Shown piece after piece: positions 10,900 through 23,500 of a DNA stretch of 64,000 bases. The notes beneath the pieces were generated by a model. It was not told the origin of the DNA. It worked only from the letters and a program-made list of their open reading frames with translations, and did not search any database. The stretch is from Haplodiscus bocki (taxonomy: Eukaryota). Numbering within the stretch: the first letter of the stretch is position 1; every line of letters begins with the position of its first letter. The stretch is taken from NCBI GenBank assembly GCA_965655095.1, contig OZ296648.1, positions 159,836,001 through 159,900,000 on the forward strand. Reading direction: 5' to 3'. The position numbers and the translations under genes were made by a program.

Positions 10900-13150
10900 T
10901 TGAATTTTGATGAAAGAAATTAGGCTGATAGTTACGGAGAAACAGAGTTTGTATCTATATGAATCAAAACTAAAAGCTCTTTTTGGAATATTTGATCTGT
11001 CAGAATTTTTATCCAAGGAATACAATAAGTGACGTTTAAATCAAAATCTCCATCACAAGTGCAAATAATTCGATTGAGAGGTCGATATAAGAAACCATGC
11101 CTGTAGTTAGGGGAAATATGAGACGGAACGAGGAGATCAATCAGAAGTATCAGCACATTTGGAATCTTCGGACAATCTGAACTCCAAGGTGAGAACAAAA
11201 CGAATGATTTAACTGAACCCTCTTTTACCATTGGAGAGTGTTCGGTAGAGAGTTTCCTTGAAGAAATCAAGCGTGCAGTTTTGGAGAAAATTGACTGTGA
11301 ATATCGAGATAAATCGAATTTAATACCACTTTTTGACTTTTGAAACTATCCCGACTTTGATTCAGCAAACAAAATGACAGCTTTTCTAATCGAATCCTAC
11401 TCTCAGTGTGAATCTTTCGATTGAGACCTTGATACAGGATGTCAGACATGTAGTTTCGGAGAAAAACGAGTTCGAAATTCAAGATGAACTAAAATAAATG
11501 GGAATTTTGGAGCTATCACGATTTTCATGGAAAGATTTTGAACACTGATGTTTCAATCGAACAACCTTGTACCTGTTGAAAGCTTCCGATTGAGGCATTG
11601 ATGGAAGAAGTCAATCCGGTAGCTACGCCGCAAAATGAATTTGATTATCAGGATAACTCATTTTTAAACGCACTTTTTGGAAAATTAGGTTTATGAAGAT
11701 TACTATGGAAGGAACAAAATCCACAATTTTTCAAGCACATGGTTTGCCAGAAGTTCGACGTTTTCAATTGGGACGTTGATGGATGAAATTGAGCTTGTTT
11801 TGACGGATAAAAATGACTTTGGGATCGAGATAAATCAGTATTAATAGCACTTTTTGGACTATCAGGTTTATGATGCAAGGATCAAAACTAATGATGATCT
11901 TATCGAATGGTGGTCTGCATGTGTGAAGGTTTCCATAGAGAGCTCGATAATACAAATCAAACAAACCTGTCGTTAGGGGAACTTTGAGTATGATTACAGT
12001 AATGAATCAAACTTATTCGTACTTTTTAGAGTTTTCGTACTCTCAATATTCTGATGAAAGGATCAAAATGATTGTTTTTTTCCTATCGAATCTTCCTCTA
12101 CAAGTGTATGGTATTTGATTGAGACCCTTGTATTAGGAAGGCAAACCTGTGGTTACGAATAAACAGGAAATTGAATATCGAGATAAATCGATCATAGAAC
12201 TTCTCGGAATTTTAGGACTATTTTGATTCTGATGCAGGGATCAAAGTTGTGGATTTTTCAATCGAATCCTCCACTTCAAGTTTTTTGCTTTCCTTTCAGA
12301 TCTGGATGGACGAAATCACGCCTCTTGTACCGGAAAAATATGAGTTGAAAATTGAGGTAAATCAAAACTCATATCACTCTTTTCAGAAATTTTGGACTAT
12401 CAGAATTGTGATGCAAGGCACAAAACCACAGATTCTTCAACGGGTTAATCTTGTGCAGGTTGAAGGTGTCTCATTGAAACCTAAATGAAAGAATTGAGAC
12501 TGTATTTTTGGAGAAGAATGAGTTGCAACATCGGGGAAATTGAATACCGATTGCCCTTTCTGGTATTGCCTCAATGTGGGGAACACAGAACGACAAGTTC
12601 CAGGAGAAGTTGTATCGAAGTAATATTGTATTTTCTGACCCCATAGAAATTGGGACAGTGAAAGAAACTTATACCCAAGAATTGTCAAAAAGGTTCATTT
12701 TTTTACATCAAAATTTAATTTTTCAACAAATCTATATACTTTAACTTTGTTCGTTTTTTGGAAGATCGAAAATTTCTCTTCATTTTCCTAAAACGTATTC
12801 AGAAACAACATTTTTTCGTTTTCACTGGCAAGAGCCCACTTATCATAAAACTCTAAGTTTTATCGAGCAAAAACCTTTTTTTGCTGTTAAAATATAAGAT
12901 TGTGTTAACGGGTTTCTAAAATTGCATAGAAAATATGGCCGGTAGCGGCATTGGAATCCGCCATTTCTGGCTTCCTAACCGCGATGACACCCACACATTT
13001 ATATTATAACCCAACCAAGATTAATTAATACAAGTTTGTTTTATACAACTATTCTGCTCTGCAATATGCGAAGTCTGTGCGTCATGGGCAGTTTCAGGAA
13101 AAGGAAAAAAACTCCGACAACTGGAATGAATATTTTCTTTTCGAAACAAA
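10900..13150 (+). repeat. Dispersed element carrying a ~175-180-bp internal tandem array (copy 1)
   Basis: ggactatcag-like motif recurs at ~11169, 11343, 11510, 11683, 11856, 12037, 12216, 12394; end 13040-13150 matches the reverse complement of 20410-20510; flanked by degenerate (AAT)n tracts. Confidence 0.8.
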
Positions 13151-14390
13151 ATTCATGGAAAATAATAATAGTAAAAGTTAGAATGATAATGATAGTGAGA
13201 AAATTACTGATATTAATAATAGTAATAATAATTACCATTATACTAATACTAATTAAAATGTTTATTGGGCGGCGACTCAGAAGTAACTGGGAACGGTATC
13301 ATCTGTTCTGCTTTTCAACTAGGTCTAGCTATAGCTTCATGAAGTTTGAATAGATCAAATTGAAGTGCAATTTCTTAATATTGAATTTTCCCAAATGTTT
13401 TACATTGCTAATTTTTGTGTCAATTTTGACATTCTGATGCTTTTTTTCGAGACCGAGGTAACTACGAAGTAGGTACCAGTGAACTTTTTCAAAGGACTCT
13501 ATAATAGACGGTATCAACTGAAACATTAACTGGACTAGTTTAATGTTACAGAGTAAAGCTCGTTTTAGTTTTTTATAAACTAATATAATCTATTGATTAT
13601 TACAACCGCTGATATTTTCGTGTAAACTCGAAGCCGTTCTGATAGCCTTATACGATGCATATCTTCGTTGCTTTATGCATATCTTAAATCTTTTGATTAT
13701 AGCTGAAGGAAGTTCAAATAGATTAGTAGGCACACCTACGCGTTCACAAATTCGAACTTCTTTTGGATGTCATTTCTCAGCCGTTTTTTTCTGCTATTTT
13801 TTCTGTAATCGCGCCATCAGTTCCTCAATGGAATCAACAATGCTTTGGTTTTTCTCAACCATTTTTTTGTCATGGCAAAGATCGAACTCTAAGTAGTGTC
13901 TGTTGTGCATAACCTTTTCAAAAGCGTTGCTCCAAACAACAATAAGTGATTTTGGCCGGAAATTGTTTTGGTCTTATTTACAGACAACCGTCTTTGAAAC
14001 GGAATTTTTGGAGCTTTTTCCCGGCAGTTTGGAAATTTTTGCTAGAGCCAAAGATTGATCAATGGGGCCAGTTAATTAAGGAATAGGGATACTACTCGTC
14101 TTCTTGACTATAACGTTATGTAAATCATCATCAGCAGACGAAAAAAGAGATTCATTCATCGATGAAACTTCGCTGCAATTTGTTTATATAGAAACATTCT
14201 ATGGGTTACTGTTGTAAATGTTCTGCCGGTATGACATGGTTTTTCATTGGCAGATGCTTTGTGAGCGCATTCCCGATTACAGTACAATATTCGTTGAACT
14301 GTTTCGGAAAACCCTACTCCGAAAGATATTGCTAAAGTTAATTATGAAACGCATTAGGTCTTAAAGATCGATTTAGTCTTTTGTTCTCAG

Positions 14391-14530
14391 GATTGAAGTA
14401 CATCATGGATGAAGCGAAGTCAAATGGAGACAATCTGGGACATGCAATCTTCAATAATTTGAGATCTGGCGATTGGTTGATGGATTACAGTGTCAGTAGG
14501 TTGAAGAGATACGGAGGCACCACTCAAAAG
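14391..14530 (+). CDS. AGL: AGL exon (first visible): (G)[46 protein letters not shown]
   Basis: ttgttctcag acceptor, gttggt donor; starts after a phase-1 intron; matches the [19 protein letters not shown] region. Confidence 0.92.
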
Positions 14531-17500
14531 GTTGGTTTAATGTTTACTGATGAAATCCTGTACTAACCAAGCTTCACAATCTCAAACAAGCTAGAACAAT
14601 TCAGAGATGCGGTACGCAGCATTAGTTCAGTTCAATTTATTTCAATATTTAAAAGGTGGTAGTCACAATTTTTTGTCGAAAAAATTCTGCCAAAGAGCGG
14701 AAAAAGTTTGAAGGTTGGCAGATTGTTACCATTCTTGTTTTTCTTTCTAATTGGAGGAATCGATCAACCAAAAAATGAATGAAATTTGAACAATTCCGTT
14801 AAAGATGGTCCTCTTTCCGTTGTGCTTTCCAGCGTAGGTCTTTAAAAAAATGTTAGAAAATAATTAAACGCTTCTAATTTTGGAGGAGCTAAAATATTCA
14901 GCTGGTTTTTTTGAGTTTGCTGAGTGGCTGGACGTTGTGTTTGGACTTGTGAAGAAATTTCCAAGATATCTCATTCCTGCTTACTTCGAGTGCATCATTC
15001 GACTAGTCTACAATGAGTGCGTTCAAGTGGCTACTGCAAAACTATCCAAGTAAGGTACTGCTGATGATCAAAGATAATTATCGCTGAAATGTTGTTTGTA
15101 ATGTAATGTTTGTATTCACTTCTGAACTGATTTTCGAGAGCAAAGCAGTTTTGTTGTCATTCTCTATACCAGTGGTCTTGAGTTTTATTTTAAAGCTAAA
15201 TACATCAAAATTAGGGCATATATCAAGGCTTTCAAAATATGTGAAAACTTCAGCATTTGAATTCAGAACGGAACTGAAATATGCTTTATACGAAAGTTCT
15301 GATAAATTTTGCTGGCGGAAATATTCGAGAAATAGTTGATCGTCTTGTTCATTTCTATTTTAGCATGTAGATAATTTTTTCATTTTAATAATTCATAATT
15401 AGTGAACTCTTGATTTGCTGGCTTAATTAAAGCGAAAGCCCTTATTCAAGCGAAAAGCGATGGTAACTTTTAACGAGCGCATGCGATATGAGCGCGGACG
15501 AGTGGGATGAATAACATCTAAGGATTAACGTCGAAAATTCAACCATTTAGATACGAATGAGCATGGCTTGTGTTTAGACGTTATTCTTCAAATGAATTTA
15601 GACAGTACTCTTTAGGTGTTATTCCTGGCGCACAGCGCTGATAAAAGCGGCTGCTTAAAACAGTATTACGCAATACCGTTGAATGAATTTACAATATTAA
15701 TCCTAATCGTAAACGCTGCTTGGTATACCTTGGAACACTCGTTTGATTAACATCTTGTCAACGAGATTCGTGAGTATCCTAAAATATTCGGGTATGTGAC
15801 CCTCCACCTGAGGATGCGTACTACTGATTAGCTGTTTGCTATATGACCCCATCATGTCCCAATTGAGACTACCTATATAAAATGACACCCTCATGCTCCA
15901 TTTAAATTCACAGAATCGCTCAAATAGATAACAATCCACTGCTTCAGCAAAAAACTCAAAGCGCCATAATAACAAGCTGCATAAACGAAAAGCGTATTTT
16001 GAAAAAGCGCATTTAGTAAGCAATTCGCTGAAGTGAACGGTCGAAAACGTTTCTATGATTCCATTGAATATTTCGACATTGAACTAATTTTTCTTTATTG
16101 TATATTGTTTACGGATGTTGAGAAGTGACCTTAGTTTTTTTAAAGGTCGAATTTAAAGCAACAAGAAGCACATCTTTCCTTGAAGTCCAAACTAGTCTTG
16201 GGATCTGTGCAACTGGTTGGCATTTGCAAGACTAGCCCGTTGTCGCCTCTACCCAGTGAGCTTGTTGCTAGACTGGCCAAAGTGTTCAGCTGTGAGGAGT
16301 ATCACTCAGCGGGGCTGCCCTCTCTCTCGGCAGGTCTTCCCCATTTCAGTGAAGGAATCTGGAGGAACTGGGGCAGAGACACTTTCGTAGCTTTGAGAGG
16401 GCTGCTCATACTCACCGGAAGACTTGACGAAGCCAAGTAAAGAACAAAATGTTGAATACTAACAGATCTTTCTATTTTTAGTGTGCGCTTTTATTAAAGG
16501 TGCTCGACTAAAACAACGGGTTTTGTTTTTTTTCACCGTGTACTCAACGAGATTTTCGAGCTCTTCAAATTAAAAAAAAACATTTTTGCATTTTCCTGCA
16601 GGCCACAATCGGGCGGCCACGCTTTGCATTCTCGAGAAAAGGACCTTCGTTGCATGAGGGGACGTGGTCCAGTGGTAAGGCGTGAGCTTGAGATTCAAAA
16701 GATTGTAGGTGCGTTTCCAAGCCCTGGGGCATGACTTTTTTTTACTTGATTGGAGCTAAGTTTGTCGCAAGCTTGCGGACTAAAAATAGGAGTTCACCTA
16801 TATTTTGCGCCCGTGGTATGGCCACACGCTGAACGCGGGTGGTCGTACTTGTTGGAAAGGATATATCGATTTGACATACAGGTAACTTGTGAACCGTTGC
16901 ATGTGCCGCTACAACAGCAACAACCGTCGGTGCAGAAGTTTTTGATAACTTTTCCGTCGGATCATAAGAAGAAGCTGTTAAAAGGAAACGGCGAATGAAA
17001 AATTTGGACAGCTGATGAAACAAAGGTGAGTTCTGAGGTTACGGCAGCTGAAATTTTCTGGACACGTCATGCGGATGATCCGGAAGAAAAATTGAATATC
17101 TACCAGTTACGCCGCGGCTTGACAAAGAGAAAGGATAAGTATTATCTCAGTTTCTTAAAAAGATCGTAGAACTGATGTAGAAGGGAAAGTTGTAGATAGA
17201 GGATGGCGTTTGTATTCATATGGTACACACATGGTAGCCAATGTCTGGACACACAAACCCGGCAATTGAAGAAGATGATAGTCCCTTATATATACCAATT
17301 ATTTCGACAGCATGCACCAAAAATTTTTATGCAATGATTTTCTCAGGCAGAAATAATAAAGTAAAAAAAGTTCCTCTTCTAAACCTTTGGCATTGTGCGA
17401 TAATCTTTACGGCAAAAAAGTGAATGTACCATTTTTCAAGTCGAAAGTGACGGTTTTTCAAAAACAAAGGGTCTTCATCCTTGTACTGAGCGCTACGCGC

Positions 17501-20500
17501 GTATTCAAGTGCAGCGGAAGCATTTAATAAGTGAAGTGGTGTGAGTGGAAACTTCAGCAAATAAGCGGCTGCTTAAGTGGTTCAATTTATTTTCATACAT
17601 TTGGTGTAGTGAAAGATGTTGGTCTTCAGTGTTTTTGGACTGGAATCCCAGAAATATTCTCAAATATAGCTTTCGGACCAAGTGAAGAATCCCCCCCCCC
17701 CCCAAAGTGACCAAGTGAACAATTTCTCCCCCCCCAGACTATAGTAGCTATTTGCAGCTGATCAGTATTGAAACCGGTGACCTAAGCACCACTACATCGT
17801 CCGTGTGAATGCCTTCGGTACTCTCGGAGATTATTATCTGGCGTCAATAATAACAAGTGATACTCTTAGTTGAATACCTCTGATACGAATATAGGTTTCT
17901 CGATTGCTTAAAGTAACCTAGTGAACTATCTCCCCCCTAGCAGCAGTTGGGGGGGGGGGGGGGGAGAGATTGTTCACTTGGTCCCAGCTTTCGATATATT
18001 TTCAGTGAGTCTTTCAACAGCATCTTTCGAACTATCAGATTTCGTGAGAATTGATTCTTCATGAAAGTTAACCTTTGATTTGACCTATTTATTTTCATTT
18101 TCTTCATCAGCGATAGGAGAAAAAAACGTAAGCAGCGTAAGCAAAACAAAAAATTCAAAATAAGCATAGGCAGCAATAAGCCTTAATTTTGTGAGCGATC
18201 AATAAATACGCTGTACTCCTTTGATATCTTGGGCCTCAACTTCGGCGCAAAAAGGGAGCCTTTCCGACTCGTTTTTCTCTAAAATTATGGTATCTTTGAT
18301 TACGAGGCAGTTAGTGGCGTTTAAACATGTTGGGTTTATCTACGAACTACTGAAATTCTTAGGGGGGGGGGAGGGGTGGGTGCTTTGATGATGGGAAACT
18401 TGCATGAATTTTATTACGCTTTGTTAAAAATATATGTGCATAAACCTTCCATTAAGCATTTATTATCGAAATTGATTCGAATAGAATATTTTTAGTTAAA
18501 AGGAAGGCAGCTTCATGGTTCGTCTTTTTCCCCGGTTTTTAAATTAGTATAGATATTCTTCCTGTACTTGACTTGTTGGAAATGCTTCAATTTCAACATT
18601 GGAGTGGTTAGCACTGATCGGCTGTGTTTTTCAGGGCAATCATTCTCAGCTACGGGGGCACGATGCGTCACGGTCTCATTCCCAACTTGTTAGGATGGGG
18701 AGAGATAGCTCGGTTCAACTGCAGAGATGCTTTCTGGTGGTGGCTCAACAGCATTAGAAACTATTGCCTCTTTGTATCACATTCCGAGGCAAAACAATTT
18801 CTTCTAGAAAAGGTCAACCGACTGTACCCTAACGACGATGCTGATGAGTGTGATAAAGAGATATTCCAGAGACCACATGTAAGTAAAATCGTTTAAAAGT
18901 CGAATTGAAAATTGCCAAGTGTACGCAAACTTTTGAATGTTTTGTTTTTGGATATCGGTCCTAAACACAGTGGCTACTTTTAGAATGTTATTGCTTCCCA
19001 TATTTTCGAATTATTGGAACCATTTTGAATATGCTGGTATTGTTTTGAATATTAAATGTATGTTCACTATTTTTTCTCTCAAAAAACGTTTTTTTTTCAA
19101 AAAAAAACATTGGGCTTCATGGAAATTCATGAAAAGCAAGGAGCCCCTTATTTTTCGTTTCGTATAGATCTTGAACATGAAGTTTTATAGGAAAGACGGA
19201 TCTGGACGCAATAACTCGTTGTTGTATGAAATCTAGACGAGTGTATTGACCGTTATTAAATGTATCGAGTATCGTGTAATCTAATAACTTGAATACGAGA
19301 TCGTAGAAGGTACTCATGTATATTCTCGTACGAGCAAATTCGAATCGAATACCTTTTAAGTTTTATGGTTTTATTTTCTGACCAATTTCAACTGGTATTT
19401 CGTGAAATGCCTCATGTTTTTTTTCCAGTAATCTTAATCGTACTTTTCCGGTGACATATCAACTGGCTGACGGTTCAGTTAACCGATTGTTCAATGAGCA
19501 GATTTTAGCTTACTTCGGAAATATTATTTGCTGAGGTAGTGTGATTCGGTTACATGACAAATACGAATGACGAGCGAAATTCAAATACGCACAATGCAAA
19601 TTCGTTCAGTAGCATAGTCGGTCAATTGAGCGGTCGACTAATTATTGAACGGCACCCACTTTTTCCACTTTTATCGTGTATATGTTCTGGTAACAAATAT
19701 TGATGCAATAAATTGATCCTTCTTTCCGTAAAGTTCATTCTTGTGCTATAAAATTGACAACTGTTGTTTCGCAAGCTGTTCTTAAAAGCTTGAAGTTCTG
19801 CATCGGACTTGTGTTTTTTCGGGAGACTCGTTTTTAGGGAGATACAACGTTGGCTGCTCTGATTGTAGAGGGATTGCAGGCGCATTTGAGGGGAATCAAC
19901 TTTGTGGAAAGAAACGCCGGGCCCAAAATTGACGAAAATATGACAGAAGAAGGTATGCATGCATGCACACAACATCATTCATGATGCGGGCCATTTTGAT
20001 CAGAAAAAGATACGTCAAAATTTTTTTCATCAAAAATTGAAATTTCTGTAAAGCCGTCTGCAAAAGTTTTTCCTCATTTTTCTCGCCATTCACACGTTTT
20101 CCATCGGCTAGATTGACCATTTGTTGCTAAGAGCCATTCAAAAGATGAAAATGTAAAAATGCACAACACTGTGCGCACATTTAACATTACTCCATGACCA
20201 CCTGTTGTGTCCCGAATATCTCTAATTGGGTGTCAGGACATTTCACCCGAACCCATTTCACCCCGATTTGAAAAGTAGCTTTAATTGACGCTTATAATAA
20301 TAAGCATGGTGAACAATTACATACGATCGGTAGTACCATAAGTAAAATCATGTGTAAATGGCAATAACTAAGTGCGAAGGCCCTAAAATGTGTTATTATT
20401 TTCCGTCGAAAAAAAATTCGAAAGGAAAATATTCAATTCAGTAGTCGGCGTTTTTTTTCCTTTTCCTGAAAATGCCCATGACGCACAGAGTTCAAGTCTG

Positions 20501-23500
20501 CAGAGTCGTTGCTGTCTTGTAGAATACATGTGTCAGGTGTCACCACGGTTGGAAACCCGGAAGTGTCGGGTTTGAATCCCGCTGTCGGCCATAATTTTTA
20601 CATATTTTCAGACACTCGTTGACACGTTCCTATTTTTTAATTGCAAAAAACGGTTTTTTCGATAAAATTTAGGGTTTTTTGATAATTGGGCTTTTTTTCT
20701 CAAAATGTATCCGTTTTGCGACGTATTTCTGAATATTTTTTATTTTCCTTAGAAGCCGAAAAAAGTTGAAAATTCATAGAGTTGTGTAAAAATTCTAAAT
20801 TTAAAGGTAAGTAATTGAACATTTTTTTTTCAGTTTTTTGGGATGTTTTTCTCCATATCCTTGTCTCTCGGGGATCAAGAAAATACAAAATTAGTTCAAA
20901 AATAGATCTGCTGGAACATATCATATTGGAATTCTCACATTGAGGAAACGCCAAAAGGCGCAAAAAGTATTGAAATTCCTAGAACTTGCAACTCACTTTT
21001 CTGCGAAAATACAGGTTCCATTCTTTCATCCAAGTTTTTATCGAAATATTTCTACTTGGACAAGAGAATTCCATGGATTAATTTTTGGTTATCTCCGTTG
21101 TGTCAGAATTCTGATAGACCGGTAATGCGAAAAACTTGCCATTAGTTTTGAAACAGCTCGATTTTCAGTTACTTCATTCCTTCATACTACTTGCTCGATT
21201 TCTTCCTTCACGGTCTCAGTTGAAAGCTTTCAACTAAAGGCAAACCAGTCCCATGCACAACTGTCGGATTTGGTTTTTTATCGGAATTTTGATGGTCCGA
21301 GAAATCCGAAAAAGTGCAATGAATTTTGATTCATGTCGACATTCGAACTGACGTTCCTCGGTAAGTACAGGTTTGATTTCGTCCATTGAGATCTCTATCG
21401 AGAACTTCACACTTGTAATGGAGGTTTCGATGGGAAAATAAATTTGATTGAAACTTGCATCAGAATCCTGATAGTCCTAATTTTCCTTGAAAAAAAAGCC
21501 ATGAATACCGATAAAACTCCATACTCAAACCCAACTTTTTACGTAACCACAGGCTTGATTTTCTGTATTGAGCTCGCAATCGACCGCTTTACACTTGTAG
21601 AGTTGGATTCGATTGAAAAATCGCTTACTTTGATACTTGCATTAGGATCCTGATTGTCCGAAATATCCAAGAAGTGCTATTAATATTGACGTATTTCGAC
21701 ATTCGAACTCATGTTTGTCCCTGACTACAGGTCTGATTCATTCTGTCTAGATCTCAACAGAAAACTGTAAACTTGCAGAAAAAGATTATCATTGAAAAAT
21801 ACTTTACTTCGATCCTTGTATTAGATTTTTGAAAGTGCGAACATTGGAAAAAAAGCTATTAATTTTGATTCATACCGAGATTCAAATACATCTTTTCCCC
21901 CTTTTTACAGTCTTGTTTCCTTCCATCAAGGTCTCAATCGAAAACTCAAAACTTTTAGAGGAGTCTTTTTTGAAAAACCATTACTTCTGTTCCGGGGGTC
22001 GGAATTTTGATTATCAGAAGATACCAAGAAATGCTCACAATATTGATTTATCTCGATCTTCAAACTCAAATTTCTCACTAACTAGAGGTTGATTTTTTCC
22101 CTCAAGGTTTCAATCGATAGGTTAACTTTTCTAGAGGAGAATTTGTTGCAAAAATATTTCACTGCCAGACTTGGTTCACAACTCTGATAGTCTGACGAAG
22201 ATTCCAGAATGGGCTAATAATATTGAATCTTCTCAATTTTCGTGTTTTTTTCTCGATATTCATAGTCTTGATTCCTCCTGTCAAGGTCTCATTCAAAAGC
22301 TTGCGTTTTTCATCGACAATCTAGCCATTTCGTTCTTTCTATTGGAATCCTAGTAGTCCAAAAGTTCCCGAAATTTTTGATTTTGTTTAACCACGGTAGT
22401 CAAACTCATAATTCTCCGTTACTACAAACTAGATTTCTTCCCTCAGGCATAAAGTTCTCAATCGACATTTTTAAACTCGTATAACAACTTTTGATTCAGA
22501 AAGTGATTGATTTAGTTCCGTGCGTCGGAATTTTGATAGTTCGAATAAGCCAAAGGACTGCTGTTAATTTTGACATTTTTCCTGTATTCAATCAATATCC
22601 TCTTGTTACAATATTCTCAACTAATTCAACAATTTGTCGGCTAATTCAGTATGTTGAGTGAAATAGATGAGGTGCAGAACAAAGAATTACAAACAGTTTT
22701 TTGTTTAAACTTCCTAATTAGCATGATCAGATGCTTTCAAAAGGGGTGAATTGTCCGTAACGTAAAGTGTCTTCGAGGTTAAATTGTCTTTGTGGTTAAA
22801 CGTCCAGGGGTGAAATGTACTGGGGTGAAATGTCCTGAAACCCTCTAATTGTATATTTTGTTTCAGGTTTCACAGTGAATGTGTTTGTGGACAGAGAAGA
22901 TACAGGATTCGTGTTTGGGGGTAACAAGTGGAACTGTGGCACGTGGATGGACAAAATGGGCAGTAGTTCCAATGCAGGGAATAGGGGCACACCTGCCACT
23001 CCTAGGGACGGGGGATCTGTGGAGTTACAGGGACTCATGTTCGCTTGTGTCAACTGGCTCGCAAACACATTTTCAGAACAGCTCTTTCCTGTTGCTGGGG
23101 TTCAATTGGAAGGTTTGATTATTTGAATATCGAATTTTTGAATGTTGAAACTTAAATTGACCGCAAACACTTTTCCATGTACTGAGATATCACAAAGTGA
23201 CTAATCTGTTTTTTAGCGGCGTCGCTAATTTCAAAAATATAAATCTATTTCATTTGCGTGTAGATCTTATAGTGCTTTCGGCTCCACAAAAGAAAATTAC
23301 AGGTCAAAACGCTGTGACTCAAAGTACCGTACCATACAACATAATTGAGGATTATTGTTCTGAAGAAAGCCCATGCCTAGTTGAATAGCATTATTCAAAG
23401 TTTGTACACCAATGGGGATGGAAGTGTTGTGATTTGTGATTAGCGAAAGTTTTAAGTCAGTACTTTAATCTAAAAGTGCACAATTACAGCGATACCATCT

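Noticed and set aside
10645-10923. Asn-rich and Ile-rich ORFs (also 13036-13353, 59070-59483, 61252-61482)
   Set aside because: Translations of degenerate (AAT/ATT)n tracts
9500-13900. Assigning a transposase family to the decayed minus-strand coding remnants (related piece at ~2030-2540)
   Set aside because: Similarity between the two pieces is visible (KCKF and IRDVIDT words), but no catalytic motif is recognisable
14254-14360. MLCERIPDY... as the missing upstream AGL exon (YDIP-like)
   Set aside because: Lacks the surrounding conserved LYRC/YxGLQ context and a convincing phase-1 donor
16657-16731. Functional tRNA gene
   Set aside because: B-box and stems are degenerate; consistent only with a tRNA-derived repeat
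19622-19978. 118-aa minus-strand ORF (likewise 22796..23068 and 32469..32675)
   Set aside because: Antisense shadows of AGL exons
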